Origin: Bacteroidota bacterium
GTDB lineage: Bacteria > Bacteroidota > Bacteroidia > 2-12-FULL-35-15
DNA length: 59,835 nucleotides
Direction: 5' to 3'
Assembly: GCA_947447995.1 (NCBI GenBank)
Contig: CANFLQ010000006.1
Span: 1-59,835, forward strand
Shown: positions 36,212 through 46,868 of the stretch, one piece after another
How the letters are laid out: each line of letters opens with the position of its first letter
How positions within the stretch are numbered: the first letter of the stretch is position 1
Program-made: the position numbers and the translations under genes
The notes under the pieces: generated by a model
What the model was told of the DNA's origin: nothing
Databases searched by the model: none
The model's input: the letters and a program-made list of their open reading frames with translations, nothing else

Positions 36212-38776
36212 ATGAAACTTATATTTTCTATTCTTTTTTTATTTACAATTTACATTAACAATAATTTTGGTCAATCGAGTATAAATGCTGTTGTAACTGG
36301 CGGCACAATAGCTGGCAATCAAACAATATGTTGGGGAACTGCTCCATCTGCATTTACTGAAACCTTAACAGCTACAGGAAACAACTTAACGTATCAATGG
36401 CAAAATTCAAGCAATGGAACAATCTTTAGCGTTAACGGCTTGCCTAAAACTCAAATGTATAATGTACCCACAGGGCTCATCTCTACAACCTATTACAGAC
36501 GTATTGCTATATCAGTTAACAATGGCATTAAAGATAGCGCATATAGCAATATTATAAACATAGCGGTAATAAATAAACCTTCGGCAGCGGCAACAATAAC
36601 AGGGTTTTCAGATGTTTGTAATACTCAAACTGGAGTTTCTTATAATGTAAATGAAATTAAAGATGTAAGCGCCTATATATGGGAATATACTGGCATTGGC
36701 GCAATTGTTAAAGATTCATCTTATTCAACCTATATAGATTTTTCAACTTCTGCTACTTCAGGAATGTTAACTGTAATGGGAATAAATGTTTGCGGAAAAG
36801 GAGCGGTATCACCACCATATAGTATAACAGTATATCCTTTACCACAAAAGGCTGGCATTATTACAGGAACTTCAAGCGTTTGCCAAGGCGAAACAACCGT
36901 ATTTTATTCAACACCTACCTTAGCTAACACAGATAGTTATACTTGGGAATACACAGGAACTGGAGCTTACATTTCGGGGTCTACAAACTCTATTACCATT
37001 GATTTTTCACCCACTGCAACATCGGGTATTTTAACAGTTAAAGGTTTAAACCAATGTACTAATGGGAGTGTTTCTACCCCTTTTCCAATTACTGTAAACA
37101 ATACCCCACAAGGCAATTTTACTGGAAATTCAATATGTACAGGAGATATACGTAAAGGTCAACTTACACTTATAGCCCCGTCAAACGTAGACATTTACAA
37201 CATCGTTTATAACGACGGAATAACAAACAGAACTCAAAACAATGTAAAAAGCGGACAACCTTTTGATGTATACACACAACCGACTACTACTAATACGTAT
37301 AAACTAATTTCTATCACAAGCAATAACTGCAATCGTTCCAGCGGTTTCAGTAAAGATACAGCAATTATAAATATATCTTCTCAAGTTGCTGCAATTAACA
37401 TTCAACCTTCCAATGTATCCATTTGCAGAGGTTCCGATGCCTCCTTCTCAGTTTCTGCAAGCGGTGTTTATGCTTATCAATGGCAAGTGAGTACTAACAA
37501 TGGAACTAATTATTTACCGATAACTTCGGCAGGAATAAATCCAACATATTCAAACTACAATACAGCAACATTAAGCCTTTCTGGGAGTACTATATCAAAC
37601 AATGGCAACTTATACAAATGTTTTATTATTGCATCCTGCGGCGCTAATATTTTAAGTGATTCGGCAACATTAACAATTTATCAATTACCTGATAGTGCAG
37701 GTACAATAAATGGCTTAGAAAAAGTTTGTCAAAAACAAGATAGTGTAATTTATACTATCTCACCAATTAACAATTCGTCGGACTACGTTTGGACGTACTC
37801 TGGGACAGGTGCTACACTCAATGTTTCAACAAATACGGTTACCATTAATTTTTCAGAATATGCAACATCTGGCTACCTTATTGTGAAGGGAAAAACGCCC
37901 TATTGTAATGGCCCGGCTTCAACTAACCTGTTTATTACAGTAATTATTTCGCCTACGTCGGCAGGGTTAATAACTGGCACACGTGTTGTTTGTCAAAATC
38001 AAACTGCTGTTTCTTATAAAGTTCCTCTTTTTCATGGGAGTCACAGCACCGTTGACGAGCCCACATTTACTTGGGCTTACACAGGTACTGGCGCAAAAAT
38101 ATCTGGACCTACCGATCCCATGACGATTGATTTTTTGCCAACAGCAACGTCTGGAATACTAACGGTTATGAGAACCCAAGCTTGCGGAAATGGACAAATT
38201 TCCCCTAATTATACTATTACCGTTAATCCTGCTCCTGAAAAACCTTCGATAATAGTTGGTAGTGATACCGTTTGTCAACCAAGTAAAATTTTATATTCAA
38301 CCCCACCCATAATTGGCACAACAAAATATATTTGGAAATATACTGGAATAGCAACTATTACATCCGATTCTTCCAATTCAATATCAATGGACTTTTCAAC
38401 AACAGCAACTTCAGGCAATTTAACTGTTCAGTCTATAAATAACAGCTGCAAAGGACTTGTATCAAACAATTACCCCATACAATTAACTAAAGTATGCACA
38501 ACCGAAATTGAAGAAAATGAATTAACTAATCAAGTAGCTATTTTTCCAAACCCAAATAATGGTTTATTTAATTTGGTAATTAAAAACAGCACTTTCAATA
38601 GTTTATCCATCCATATTGTTGATATAATTGGTAAAGAGATTTTTACTTTATCTGATAAAATTACAGCAACAAATTATACTAAACAAATTGACCTTAGTGA
38701 TTTACCTAAAGGAATTTATTATGTAAGACTTTTAATAAACACTAAAACAAATACCTTTAAAATATGTTTATATTAA
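36212..38776 (+). CDS. T9SS type A cargo with repeated PKD-like/Ig domains
   Basis: Signal peptide; repeats AGxITG..VCQ..Y..YxWxYTGTGA..IDF..ATSGxLTV; CTD IFPNPNNG...KGIYYV. Confidence 0.85.
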   Translation: MKLIFSILFLFTIYINNNFGQSSINAVVTGGTIAGNQTICWGTAPSAFTETLTATGNNLTYQWQNSSNGTIFSVNGLPKTQMYNVPTGLISTTYYRRIAISVNNGIKDSAYSNIINIAVINKPSAAATITGFSDVCNTQTGVSYNVNEIKDVSAYIWEYTGIGAIVKDSSYSTYIDFSTSATSGMLTVMGINVCGKGAVSPPYSITVYPLPQKAGIITGTSSVCQGETTVFYSTPTLANTDSYTWEYTGTGAYISGSTNSITIDFSPTATSGILTVKGLNQCTNGSVSTPFPITVNNTPQGNFTGNSICTGDIRKGQLTLIAPSNVDIYNIVYNDGITNRTQNNVKSGQPFDVYTQPTTTNTYKLISITSNNCNRSSGFSKDTAIINISSQVAAINIQPSNVSICRGSDASFSVSASGVYAYQWQVSTNNGTNYLPITSAGINPTYSNYNTATLSLSGSTISNNGNLYKCFIIASCGANILSDSATLTIYQLPDSAGTINGLEKVCQKQDSVIYTISPINNSSDYVWTYSGTGATLNVSTNTVTINFSEYATSGYLIVKGKTPYCNGPASTNLFITVIISPTSAGLITGTRVVCQNQTAVSYKVPLFHGSHSTVDEPTFTWAYTGTGAKISGPTDPMTIDFLPTATSGILTVMRTQACGNGQISPNYTITVNPAPEKPSIIVGSDTVCQPSKILYSTPPIIGTTKYIWKYTGIATITSDSSNSISMDFSTTATSGNLTVQSINNSCKGLVSNNYPIQLTKVCTTEIEENELTNQVAIFPNPNNGLFNLVIKNSTFNSLSIHIVDIIGKEIFTLSDKITATNYTKQIDLSDLPKGIYYVRLLINTKTNTFKICLY

Positions 38777-39026
38777 TTCTATATTCAAAAAACTTAGTTT
38801 TTAGAACCTAAAAAATGCGAAAGAATGCTATCTGCCAAAGGCTTTATTATTCAATTAAATTTGGAATTTTAATTTATAAAACATATTTTTGTTTTTTTTA
38901 CTTTTTTACAAAGTAATTTTATCTTGTAAAACAGTTTAACGCTAAAAGATAAGTAGTTCAATTTTATCTCTAAACCCTTTCTTAAAAAGATATATAACCA
39001 ACAAATAATCCATTAACAAATTACCA

Positions 39027-42000
39027 ATGAAAAAACTTTATCTAGCATTATTAATCAGCATTGCAACATATAATTTATCAATTGCGCAGTGCACCCCTAA
39101 CTTTGAAGCTTCTCAAAATCCTATTTGCATAAGCGATTCTGTTTATTACACTAATCTTACAGTTGGAACAGTTTTAACTTACACTTGGAATTTTGGCTCA
39201 AATGCCACCCCTGCAACATACGTAGGAGAAAATCCTCCTAGAGTGGCTTACTCCACAGCTGGTACAAAAAACATAAGCTTAACAACCACTTGTTTTGCTT
39301 TAGGCTCCAATTGTATTGGAGCTAGCACTTTAGTAATACCCGGCTCTACCTTTACAATAACTACCACTTGCTTGCCTGTTTTTGGTGGTATAATTACTAC
39401 TACCAAAAGAACAACATCCGTTACCGTATTAGCTACCCCTATTCCTGCATTTACGTCTACTACTTCTGTTTGTGCAGGTGTTGCTATTGATTTTACATAT
39501 TCAGGTACAGTTGGCGCTACTTCTTATTCATGGAATTTTGGAACGGGGGCTTCGCCTAATACTTCTAATGATAAAGACCCCAAAGGCATTTTTTACAGCA
39601 CTTCAGGCACAAAAAATGTATCACTTACCGTTTCTAATGGAGCGTGCTCCCGTACCACTACTCAAATAATAACAATAAATCAAACACCTACGTCCAGTTT
39701 TTTTTCAACAGCACCTGCTTGTTCAACACAACCAGTTGATTTTACAAATACAGGAAATGGAACATCGTGGTCATGGAATTTTGGTGCAGGTGCAACACCT
39801 GGAACTTCGTCTACTAAAGATCAAGCAGGTGTTACTTATTCCTCACCTGGAGCTAAAACTGTAACGTTAACAAGCGCAATTGGAACTTGCAGTGTTACCG
39901 CAACTGAGGTTATAACAATTTACCCATCACCTACTGCAACGTTTACAACAACGGCTACTGCATGTACAAAAGCTAGCATTAATTTTACAAATACAGGAAG
40001 TACGGGTGGTAATTGGAGATATTCTTGGGATTTTGGTGCTGGTGCAACTCCTATATCGTCTTCAACAGAAAATCCTAAAGGAATTATTTATTCCACACCT
40101 GGATTAAAAACAATATTACTTACAGTATACAATTCAAATTGTATTACTACCACAACTCAAACAATAACTATAAATGCAACACCAACGGCTAATTTTATTT
40201 CTAATGCACCAGCTTGTACTGGAATACCTGTCGACTTTTTTAATACAGGCACAACAACTGGCGTAACATGGGCTTGGGATTTTGGATCTGGTGCAGCTCC
40301 TACAACTTCTACAACTCAAAATCAAGCAGGAGTTGTTTATTCAACATCTGGTGGAAAAATTATACAATTAGTAACTACAAATTCGGTAACAACATGTGCT
40401 GATACTATCAAACATGCAATTACAATTTACCAATCACCTAACGTTTTATTTGATATTGATACAGCAATATTATGTATGGGGCAAAAAGCTATTTTTACTA
40501 ATAAAGGCAGTACTGGAGCTAATTGGACGTACGTTTGGGATTTTGGTGCAGGCGCCCAACCTAATAGCTCAACTGCCGAAAATCCAGTTGGCATTTTTTA
40601 TAACTTTTCAGGTAAAAAAACAATTAAACTAACTGTATCCGACGATCATTGTAGCGCCACGTTAGTAAAAAAAGATACAATAACCGTTAATCCAACTCCT
40701 ACTGGTGGCTTTTCATCATCTGCACCACAATGTACCAACCTTCCTGTTGATTTTATAAGTACAGGAGATGGAACTGCATCTTATTGGAGTTTTGGAGTTA
40801 ATGCTAACCCTGCAACTTCAAATACCAAAGATCAGGCTGGAGTTATTTATTCCACACCAGGAGTAAAAATTGTAACGCTAGTTAGCTCAATTGGAACATG
40901 TAGCATTACTACAAACCAAGGAATTACTATTCACCAATCACCTATTGCCACGTTTACCTCCAATGAACCAAAATGTGTTGGCGATTCGGTAAGATTTAAA
41001 AATACAGGAAGCACAGGTGGTATGTGGACATATTTTTGGGACTTTGGACAAGATGCCTTACCGCAAACATCAACTGGCGAAAACCCATCAGGAGTAGCAT
41101 TTTCAACAGGTGGCACCAAAATTATAACCTTTACTATATTTGACGGATATTGTACTAAAACAGCTACTCAATCAATTACAATAAATGCACAGCCTATTGC
41201 TAAAGCAGGTAGAGATACAACTATTTGTGCTAATACAACCGTACAAATTGGTGCTGTTGCTACAGGTGGAACTTTGCCCTATACCTATTCTTGGTTTGCA
41301 CCAGTAACATTAAGCAACGGAACTATTGCTAACCCAGTTGCAACTCCTGTTGCACATATCACCCAATATATTGTAACAGTTACTGATAAAAACAAATGTG
41401 TAAATAAGGATACAATTATAGTAACAATGCTTGACCCAATTAAAGCGTATGCAGGTGTTGACGAAACAATTTGCCGATACGACAGTGTACAAATTGGTGT
41501 TGGATTAGTAGAGCAACAAATTTACAAATGGAAACCAGCGGCTGGATTAACTAGCACAATAAGCCCTAATCCAATTGCAAGCCCTGATTCTACTACAACG
41601 TATACTGTTACAGTTACTTATTCGGGTAAAGCTTGTAAAGCAGAAACAGATGAAGTAAAAATAACAGTTCACCAATTACCTTACATTGAAGCGGGAACAG
41701 TTCGTCACCAACCACGTCCAAACGATTCTACAACTATTGTTGATACCATAACAATTGGGGCAAGTGTTGAGTTAATTGCTATCGGTGGTTTGCAATACAA
41801 TTGGGTGCCTCCATATAGATTAGACAATGTTGGAATATATAATCCAAATGCTACACCCGATACCACAACAGCATATATAGTAACAGGTACCGATATTTAT
41901 GGTTGTAAAAACACCGATAGCGTAATTATTAAAGTGATAGCTCCTGCATTTTGGGTACCTACCGCATTCACACCTAATGGTAATGGAGAAAACGATGTAT

Positions 42001-42221
42001 TTTATGTAAGAGGAGCAGGAATTAAAAACTTTGAAATGGGAATATTTAATCGTTGGGGCGAACAAATTTTTATTACCAAAAGTATCGATTTAGGATGGGA
42101 TGGTAAACGCCCTATTAGTGGTGAAGAATTACCAGCAGGGGCTTATGTTTATTATGTAAAAGGTATACTTACAGATGGAACTTCTGTAAATTCAAAGGGA
42201 TTAATCAACCTGATTAGATAA
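39027..42221 (+). CDS. T9SS type B cargo, multi-PKD surface protein with gliding motility-associated CTD
   Basis: About 8 PKD repeats (W[DN]FGAGA.P...GVxYSTxGxK); CTD VPTAFTPNGNGENDVF, IFNRWG, GWDG, GAYVY, NLIR. Confidence 0.92.
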   Translation: MKKLYLALLISIATYNLSIAQCTPNFEASQNPICISDSVYYTNLTVGTVLTYTWNFGSNATPATYVGENPPRVAYSTAGTKNISLTTTCFALGSNCIGASTLVIPGSTFTITTTCLPVFGGIITTTKRTTSVTVLATPIPAFTSTTSVCAGVAIDFTYSGTVGATSYSWNFGTGASPNTSNDKDPKGIFYSTSGTKNVSLTVSNGACSRTTTQIITINQTPTSSFFSTAPACSTQPVDFTNTGNGTSWSWNFGAGATPGTSSTKDQAGVTYSSPGAKTVTLTSAIGTCSVTATEVITIYPSPTATFTTTATACTKASINFTNTGSTGGNWRYSWDFGAGATPISSSTENPKGIIYSTPGLKTILLTVYNSNCITTTTQTITINATPTANFISNAPACTGIPVDFFNTGTTTGVTWAWDFGSGAAPTTSTTQNQAGVVYSTSGGKIIQLVTTNSVTTCADTIKHAITIYQSPNVLFDIDTAILCMGQKAIFTNKGSTGANWTYVWDFGAGAQPNSSTAENPVGIFYNFSGKKTIKLTVSDDHCSATLVKKDTITVNPTPTGGFSSSAPQCTNLPVDFISTGDGTASYWSFGVNANPATSNTKDQAGVIYSTPGVKIVTLVSSIGTCSITTNQGITIHQSPIATFTSNEPKCVGDSVRFKNTGSTGGMWTYFWDFGQDALPQTSTGENPSGVAFSTGGTKIITFTIFDGYCTKTATQSITINAQPIAKAGRDTTICANTTVQIGAVATGGTLPYTYSWFAPVTLSNGTIANPVATPVAHITQYIVTVTDKNKCVNKDTIIVTMLDPIKAYAGVDETICRYDSVQIGVGLVEQQIYKWKPAAGLTSTISPNPIASPDSTTTYTVTVTYSGKACKAETDEVKITVHQLPYIEAGTVRHQPRPNDSTTIVDTITIGASVELIAIGGLQYNWVPPYRLDNVGIYNPNATPDTTTAYIVTGTDIYGCKNTDSVIIKVIAPAFWVPTAFTPNGNGENDVFYVRGAGIKNFEMGIFNRWGEQIFITKSIDLGWDGKRPISGEELPAGAYVYYVKGILTDGTSVNSKGLINLIR

Positions 42222-42228
42222 AATATTA

Positions 42229-42334
42229 AGTTCAAAGTTTAAAGTTAAATAGTTTAAAGTTCTGAGGGATTGCATCGACTTGAAACTAAAATGAACCAAC
42301 TTTAAACTTTGAACTAATTAACTTTAAACTATTT
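42229..42334. repeat. Inverted heptamer-repeat element (AAAGTTT / AAACTTT)
   Basis: Perfect 18-bp IR 42229-42246/42298-42315 and perfect 15-bp IR 42247-42261/42320-42334. Confidence 0.85.
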
Positions 42335-42341
42335 TAAAACT

Positions 42342-43385
42342 ATGAAAACAAAAATACACGCAATCTACTCAATGGCATGCTTATTATTAACATTATCTGC
42401 CGTTGCACAGGATGCTAGATTAACTCAATCGTATGCAAACCCCTTGCGAATAAATCCTGCAATAATGGGAGCCAATACCGATATGAAATTTATGCTGAAT
42501 TACAGAACTCAATGGGCATCAATTGACAAAGGATTTACAACCTATTCTTTTACAGGAATGTACCCCGTTTTTCTAAATAAAGGAAAAAGCAAACTGGATA
42601 TTGGAGTAAATGCTATGAATGATAAAGCTGGAGCTTTTAACACCTTAGACATGCAACTTGCAGTTGATTTTAGTAAAGAAATATCGCCAAACAATAACCT
42701 TTGTATTTCAATTATGGGTGGCTACGTTCAAAAATCACTTGATGTTAGCAAACTTACTTATGATAATCAATATGTTATGGGATCGTATAATGCAAATAAT
42801 CCTTCAAAAGAAGCTACTTTGGTGGATAATGTAGGTCACCCCGATTTAGGTTTTGGTTTTATGTGGTTTTTAAATCCTAGCCGTACCGAAGCTAAATTAA
42901 ATGCGTTTTTAGGTGTATCAGGATACCATTTGAATCAACCAAATGCTACGTTATTAGGAACTAGTGGTAAAATGCCAATGAGATTTAACTATCAGGGGGG
43001 AGTAAAAATTTTTGGTGACAACAAAATTGACTTTACTCCAAACATAAGAATCAATATGCAAAATGGTAACGTTGAAGCTGCGGCTGGTTTATATGCCGAT
43101 TATAATTTTAGCGACAATGCTAAACTTGTTATTGGATCATGGTACAGAAGAAATGATGCCATTGCATTTTTACTAGGGTTTGAGCACAAAAGCTTTACGG
43201 TTGGTTATAGCTATGATATGATTAACTCCAATTTGAATACTGTTACAACTGGCATTAATGCGCATGAAGTTACATTATCATACAAATTCAGCAGACTAGG
43301 TAAATCTAAAATAGCTTCCTTTGGTGGTGGTGATAATAGTTCCTCTGTACCATCGGTAAGAACAGGCCCTTTTGCTTCTTTTTAA
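42342..43385 (+). CDS. PorP/SprF-family T9SS barrel protein
   Basis: AQD..TQ...NPA, NYRTQW, HLNQP, GYSYD, HEVTLSY; directly follows a type B CTD cargo. Confidence 0.92.
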   Translation: MKTKIHAIYSMACLLLTLSAVAQDARLTQSYANPLRINPAIMGANTDMKFMLNYRTQWASIDKGFTTYSFTGMYPVFLNKGKSKLDIGVNAMNDKAGAFNTLDMQLAVDFSKEISPNNNLCISIMGGYVQKSLDVSKLTYDNQYVMGSYNANNPSKEATLVDNVGHPDLGFGFMWFLNPSRTEAKLNAFLGVSGYHLNQPNATLLGTSGKMPMRFNYQGGVKIFGDNKIDFTPNIRINMQNGNVEAAAGLYADYNFSDNAKLVIGSWYRRNDAIAFLLGFEHKSFTVGYSYDMINSNLNTVTTGINAHEVTLSYKFSRLGKSKIASFGGGDNSSSVPSVRTGPFASF

Positions 43386-43398
43386 AGTTCCATTTTAC

Positions 43399-43451
43399 TT
43401 ACAAAGCAAATCCCCAAATAAAGTGCATTTATTTGGGGATTTGCTTTGTAA
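43399..43451. terminator. Bidirectional terminator, perfect 24-bp stem
   Basis: ttacaaagcaaatccccaaataaa-gtgca-tttatttggggatttgctttgtaa between convergent genes. Confidence 0.85.
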
Positions 43452-43486
43452 AATTTGATTTCAGATAATGTACTTTATAAAACAAA

Positions 43487-44488
<1,002 letters not shown>

Positions 44489-44498
44489 TTATTTTTTA

Positions 44499-44506
44499 CA
44501 AAGATA
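44499..44506 (-). promoter_or_regulatory. -7 promoter element for gap
   Basis: TATCTTTG on minus strand. Confidence 0.55.
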
Positions 44507-44631
44507 GAATAGGATTTTGACTGTTAAACAGAAAATATCCGTACTTTGTTTCAGCTATTCATTGTTTATTGCAAACGATATGAAAATAACAAATAAAATG
44601 ATGAAATACGAAGAACCTTAACGCAAACAAA

Positions 44632-45258
44632 ATGATAAAAACTGTACATTATTTAAGTAAAGAAAGAATTGTTGCATTTAGTGACGGAGTAATTGCCATT
44701 ATTATTACCCTAATGATTTTGGATATTCACTTTCCAAAAATCACAAATACATTAACTGGAAATGAAATTTGGCTTGAATTATCAAAAATGCTACCTAGTA
44801 TATTTGCTTATATGGTTAGCTTTTATGGGTTGGGGGTATTTTGGGTAAACCACCATCACTTTTTTTTCATGGTAAAACACTCCGACAGAAATTTATTATG
44901 GCTAAATTTAAACTTGCTTTTTTGGCTTTCTCTTATCCCCTTGCCTACCTCCTATTTAGCCGAACATTACAATTCGCCTATTGCTACAACACTTTATGGA
45001 GCCATTATGTTTTTATGCCATACAAGTTTCGGGCTTCTTTTTTCTTATGCCTCAAAAAATGATTTAATAGTAAATAAATACAGTAAAAAAAGAATAAAAC
45101 AAATTATTCGGATGATTATTTTTAGTTGTATTTTATGGCTTATTGCTATTGCTGTTGGATATATTTCCACTTATTTTTCGTACGGATTAACGCTATTAAT
45201 TGCTCTCTTATATTTTTTACCTCAAAATATTGAAGTGGATGAAGAGGTTGCTAATTAG
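44632..45258 (+). CDS. TMEM175-family (DUF1211) potassium channel
   Basis: RIVAFSDGVIAIIITLMIL (FSD motif), FWVNHH, multiple TM helices. Confidence 0.92.
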   Translation: MIKTVHYLSKERIVAFSDGVIAIIITLMILDIHFPKITNTLTGNEIWLELSKMLPSIFAYMVSFYGLGVFWVNHHHFFFMVKHSDRNLLWLNLNLLFWLSLIPLPTSYLAEHYNSPIATTLYGAIMFLCHTSFGLLFSYASKNDLIVNKYSKKRIKQIIRMIIFSCILWLIAIAVGYISTYFSYGLTLLIALLYFLPQNIEVDEEVAN

Positions 45259-45282
45259 TGTTTTTACATGAAATTATTTGTT

Positions 45283-45290
45283 TACTTTCG
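45283..45290 (+). promoter_or_regulatory. -7 promoter element for the dlt-like operon
   Basis: TACTTTCG(CA), 14 nt before ATG 45305. Confidence 0.55.
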
Positions 45291-45304
45291 CAAAAAAATG
45301 CAGA

Positions 45305-45532
45305 ATGGATGATATTAAAAATTTTATTCAAAATGAAATAATGAACTTAGCTTTTATTAAAGTTGGATATGATGATTCAATAATTAAATCAAAGCTTTTA
45401 GATTCAATTTCGGTAATAGACCTACTGGTTTCTATTGAAGAAAAAATAGATAAAAAAATTCCTCAATACCTTATCAATGAGGATAATTTCGATTCCATTA
45501 ATGTTATTTGCGAAACATTAAAAAAACTATAA
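45305..45532 (+). CDS. dltC: D-alanyl carrier protein-like acyl carrier protein
   Basis: 75 aa; LLDSI phosphopantetheine Ser; ENFDS C-terminal motif; operon context. ATG 45305 preferred over TTG 45278. Confidence 0.8.
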   Translation: MDDIKNFIQNEIMNLAFIKVGYDDSIIKSKLLDSISVIDLLVSIEEKIDKKIPQYLINEDNFDSINVICETLKKL

Positions 45533-45541
45533 TACAGGTAA

Positions 45542-46720
45542 ATGAAAAAAATCATTCTCCTTTATTTATTTCCATTGTTTATTGCAATTGCAGTTTTCCT
45601 ATGTTTTAATGGCTCCTTGAGGACTGTTTTTTTTATGGAATCGAATTCTCCCAACGATTCTTCATTTCGTTTTTTGGAAAACTTTCGTGACAATGAGTTT
45701 TATGAAAATCAATTTTTAAGTAACAATGATAGCCTTGAGACTATTTTCCTTTTAGGTTCATCGGAACTTACAATTTCCACGGCAGGGATACCTTATAATT
45801 TTATTACGGATCATTTTAAAACCAAATTAAAAGGAATTGGACATGCCGGCAATCAATGTTTTTCAATCTACTCTCAATTGCTCGCCAATGAAAACAAGAT
45901 AAAAAACGCTCCAATCGTTATCATATTATCTCCCGTATGGTTTCAGGATAATAATGCAAAAGGGACATCCTCCTCTTTATTTTTAGAGTTTAATTCACCT
46001 CGATTTTTAAATAATATAATACACAGTACCCCCGATACTTTTAAAGAATACGAGACACGACGCATTTCAGATTTTTACGAAGAAATAAGTAATGCAAGTT
46101 TAAATTTAAAAACATTGCATTTTGAATATCAAGCCTCTAAAAGCCCATTACATAAATATTTTTACACACCAATCATTGCAATAGACAAGCTTTTGGCAGG
46201 ATTACAAAAAACAAATAACAATTTAGTTAAAGTTGGGCCATTTATCAGGAAACCAATTATATCTGAACCTATAAATATTAACTGGGATAGCTTATACGTA
46301 TTAAGTAAACAAGAACAAATTAATAAGTCGACCAACAACAAATGGTATATTGACAATGCTTATTACTCCGAATATATCAAAGGCAAAACCAGTACCGTTA
46401 CAATAGTTAAAGAAGAGGATAATCAGGAATTGAAAGATTTTAAGATGTTGATGAAACTCCTTAAAGCAAAACAAGTCAATGTTTCTTTTATCATTATTCC
46501 ATTAAATCCTTTTTATTATACCAATTCCAAGGAATTAAGCCCAATTATAAATTCATTAGAAAAAGAGATAATAGATAATAAATTTCCTTTCCTAAATTTT
46601 TGGAATGCCGACTCCACTACTTTTGACAATGGTGTATTGAGAGACATTATGCATTTGAGTGATTATGGATGGTATAAAGCAGATAAATTTATAATTGAAA
46701 CATATAAACTGTCGAAATGA
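45542..46720 (+). CDS. dltD: DltD-like SGNH aminoacyl transferase
   Basis: N-terminal TM anchor; LGSSEL catalytic Ser, IILSPVWF, DIMHL..YGW (DxxH). Confidence 0.88.
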   Translation: MKKIILLYLFPLFIAIAVFLCFNGSLRTVFFMESNSPNDSSFRFLENFRDNEFYENQFLSNNDSLETIFLLGSSELTISTAGIPYNFITDHFKTKLKGIGHAGNQCFSIYSQLLANENKIKNAPIVIILSPVWFQDNNAKGTSSSLFLEFNSPRFLNNIIHSTPDTFKEYETRRISDFYEEISNASLNLKTLHFEYQASKSPLHKYFYTPIIAIDKLLAGLQKTNNNLVKVGPFIRKPIISEPININWDSLYVLSKQEQINKSTNNKWYIDNAYYSEYIKGKTSTVTIVKEEDNQELKDFKMLMKLLKAKQVNVSFIIIPLNPFYYTNSKELSPIINSLEKEIIDNKFPFLNFWNADSTTFDNGVLRDIMHLSDYGWYKADKFIIETYKLSK

Positions 46721-46866
46721 AACTAAATAATGTAAATAGATTTTTTTTGAACACACTATTATACACGATGATTGTATTGTCACTTTATTTTTTGTACAGC
46801 CCATTAAACAATCATCCTAAAAATAAAACAGGTTCATTGGTTCAATTTGTATATCAACAATTTTAA
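46717..46866 (+). CDS. dltX: DltX-like small membrane protein (not in ORF track)
   Basis: 49 aa MKLNNVNRFFLNTLLYTMIVLSLYFLYSPLNNHPKNKTGSLVQFVYQQF; one TM; C-terminal F-x-Y-x-x-F; ATGA overlap with dltD; ends 2 nt before dltB. Confidence 0.88.
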   Translation: MKLNNVNRFFLNTLLYTMIVLSLYFLYSPLNNHPKNKTGSLVQFVYQQF

Positions 46867-46868
46867 TT

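Noticed and set aside
45278-45304. TTG start for dltC given in the ORF track
   Set aside because: It overlaps the predicted -7 promoter element; ATG 45305 gives a typical carrier-protein length.
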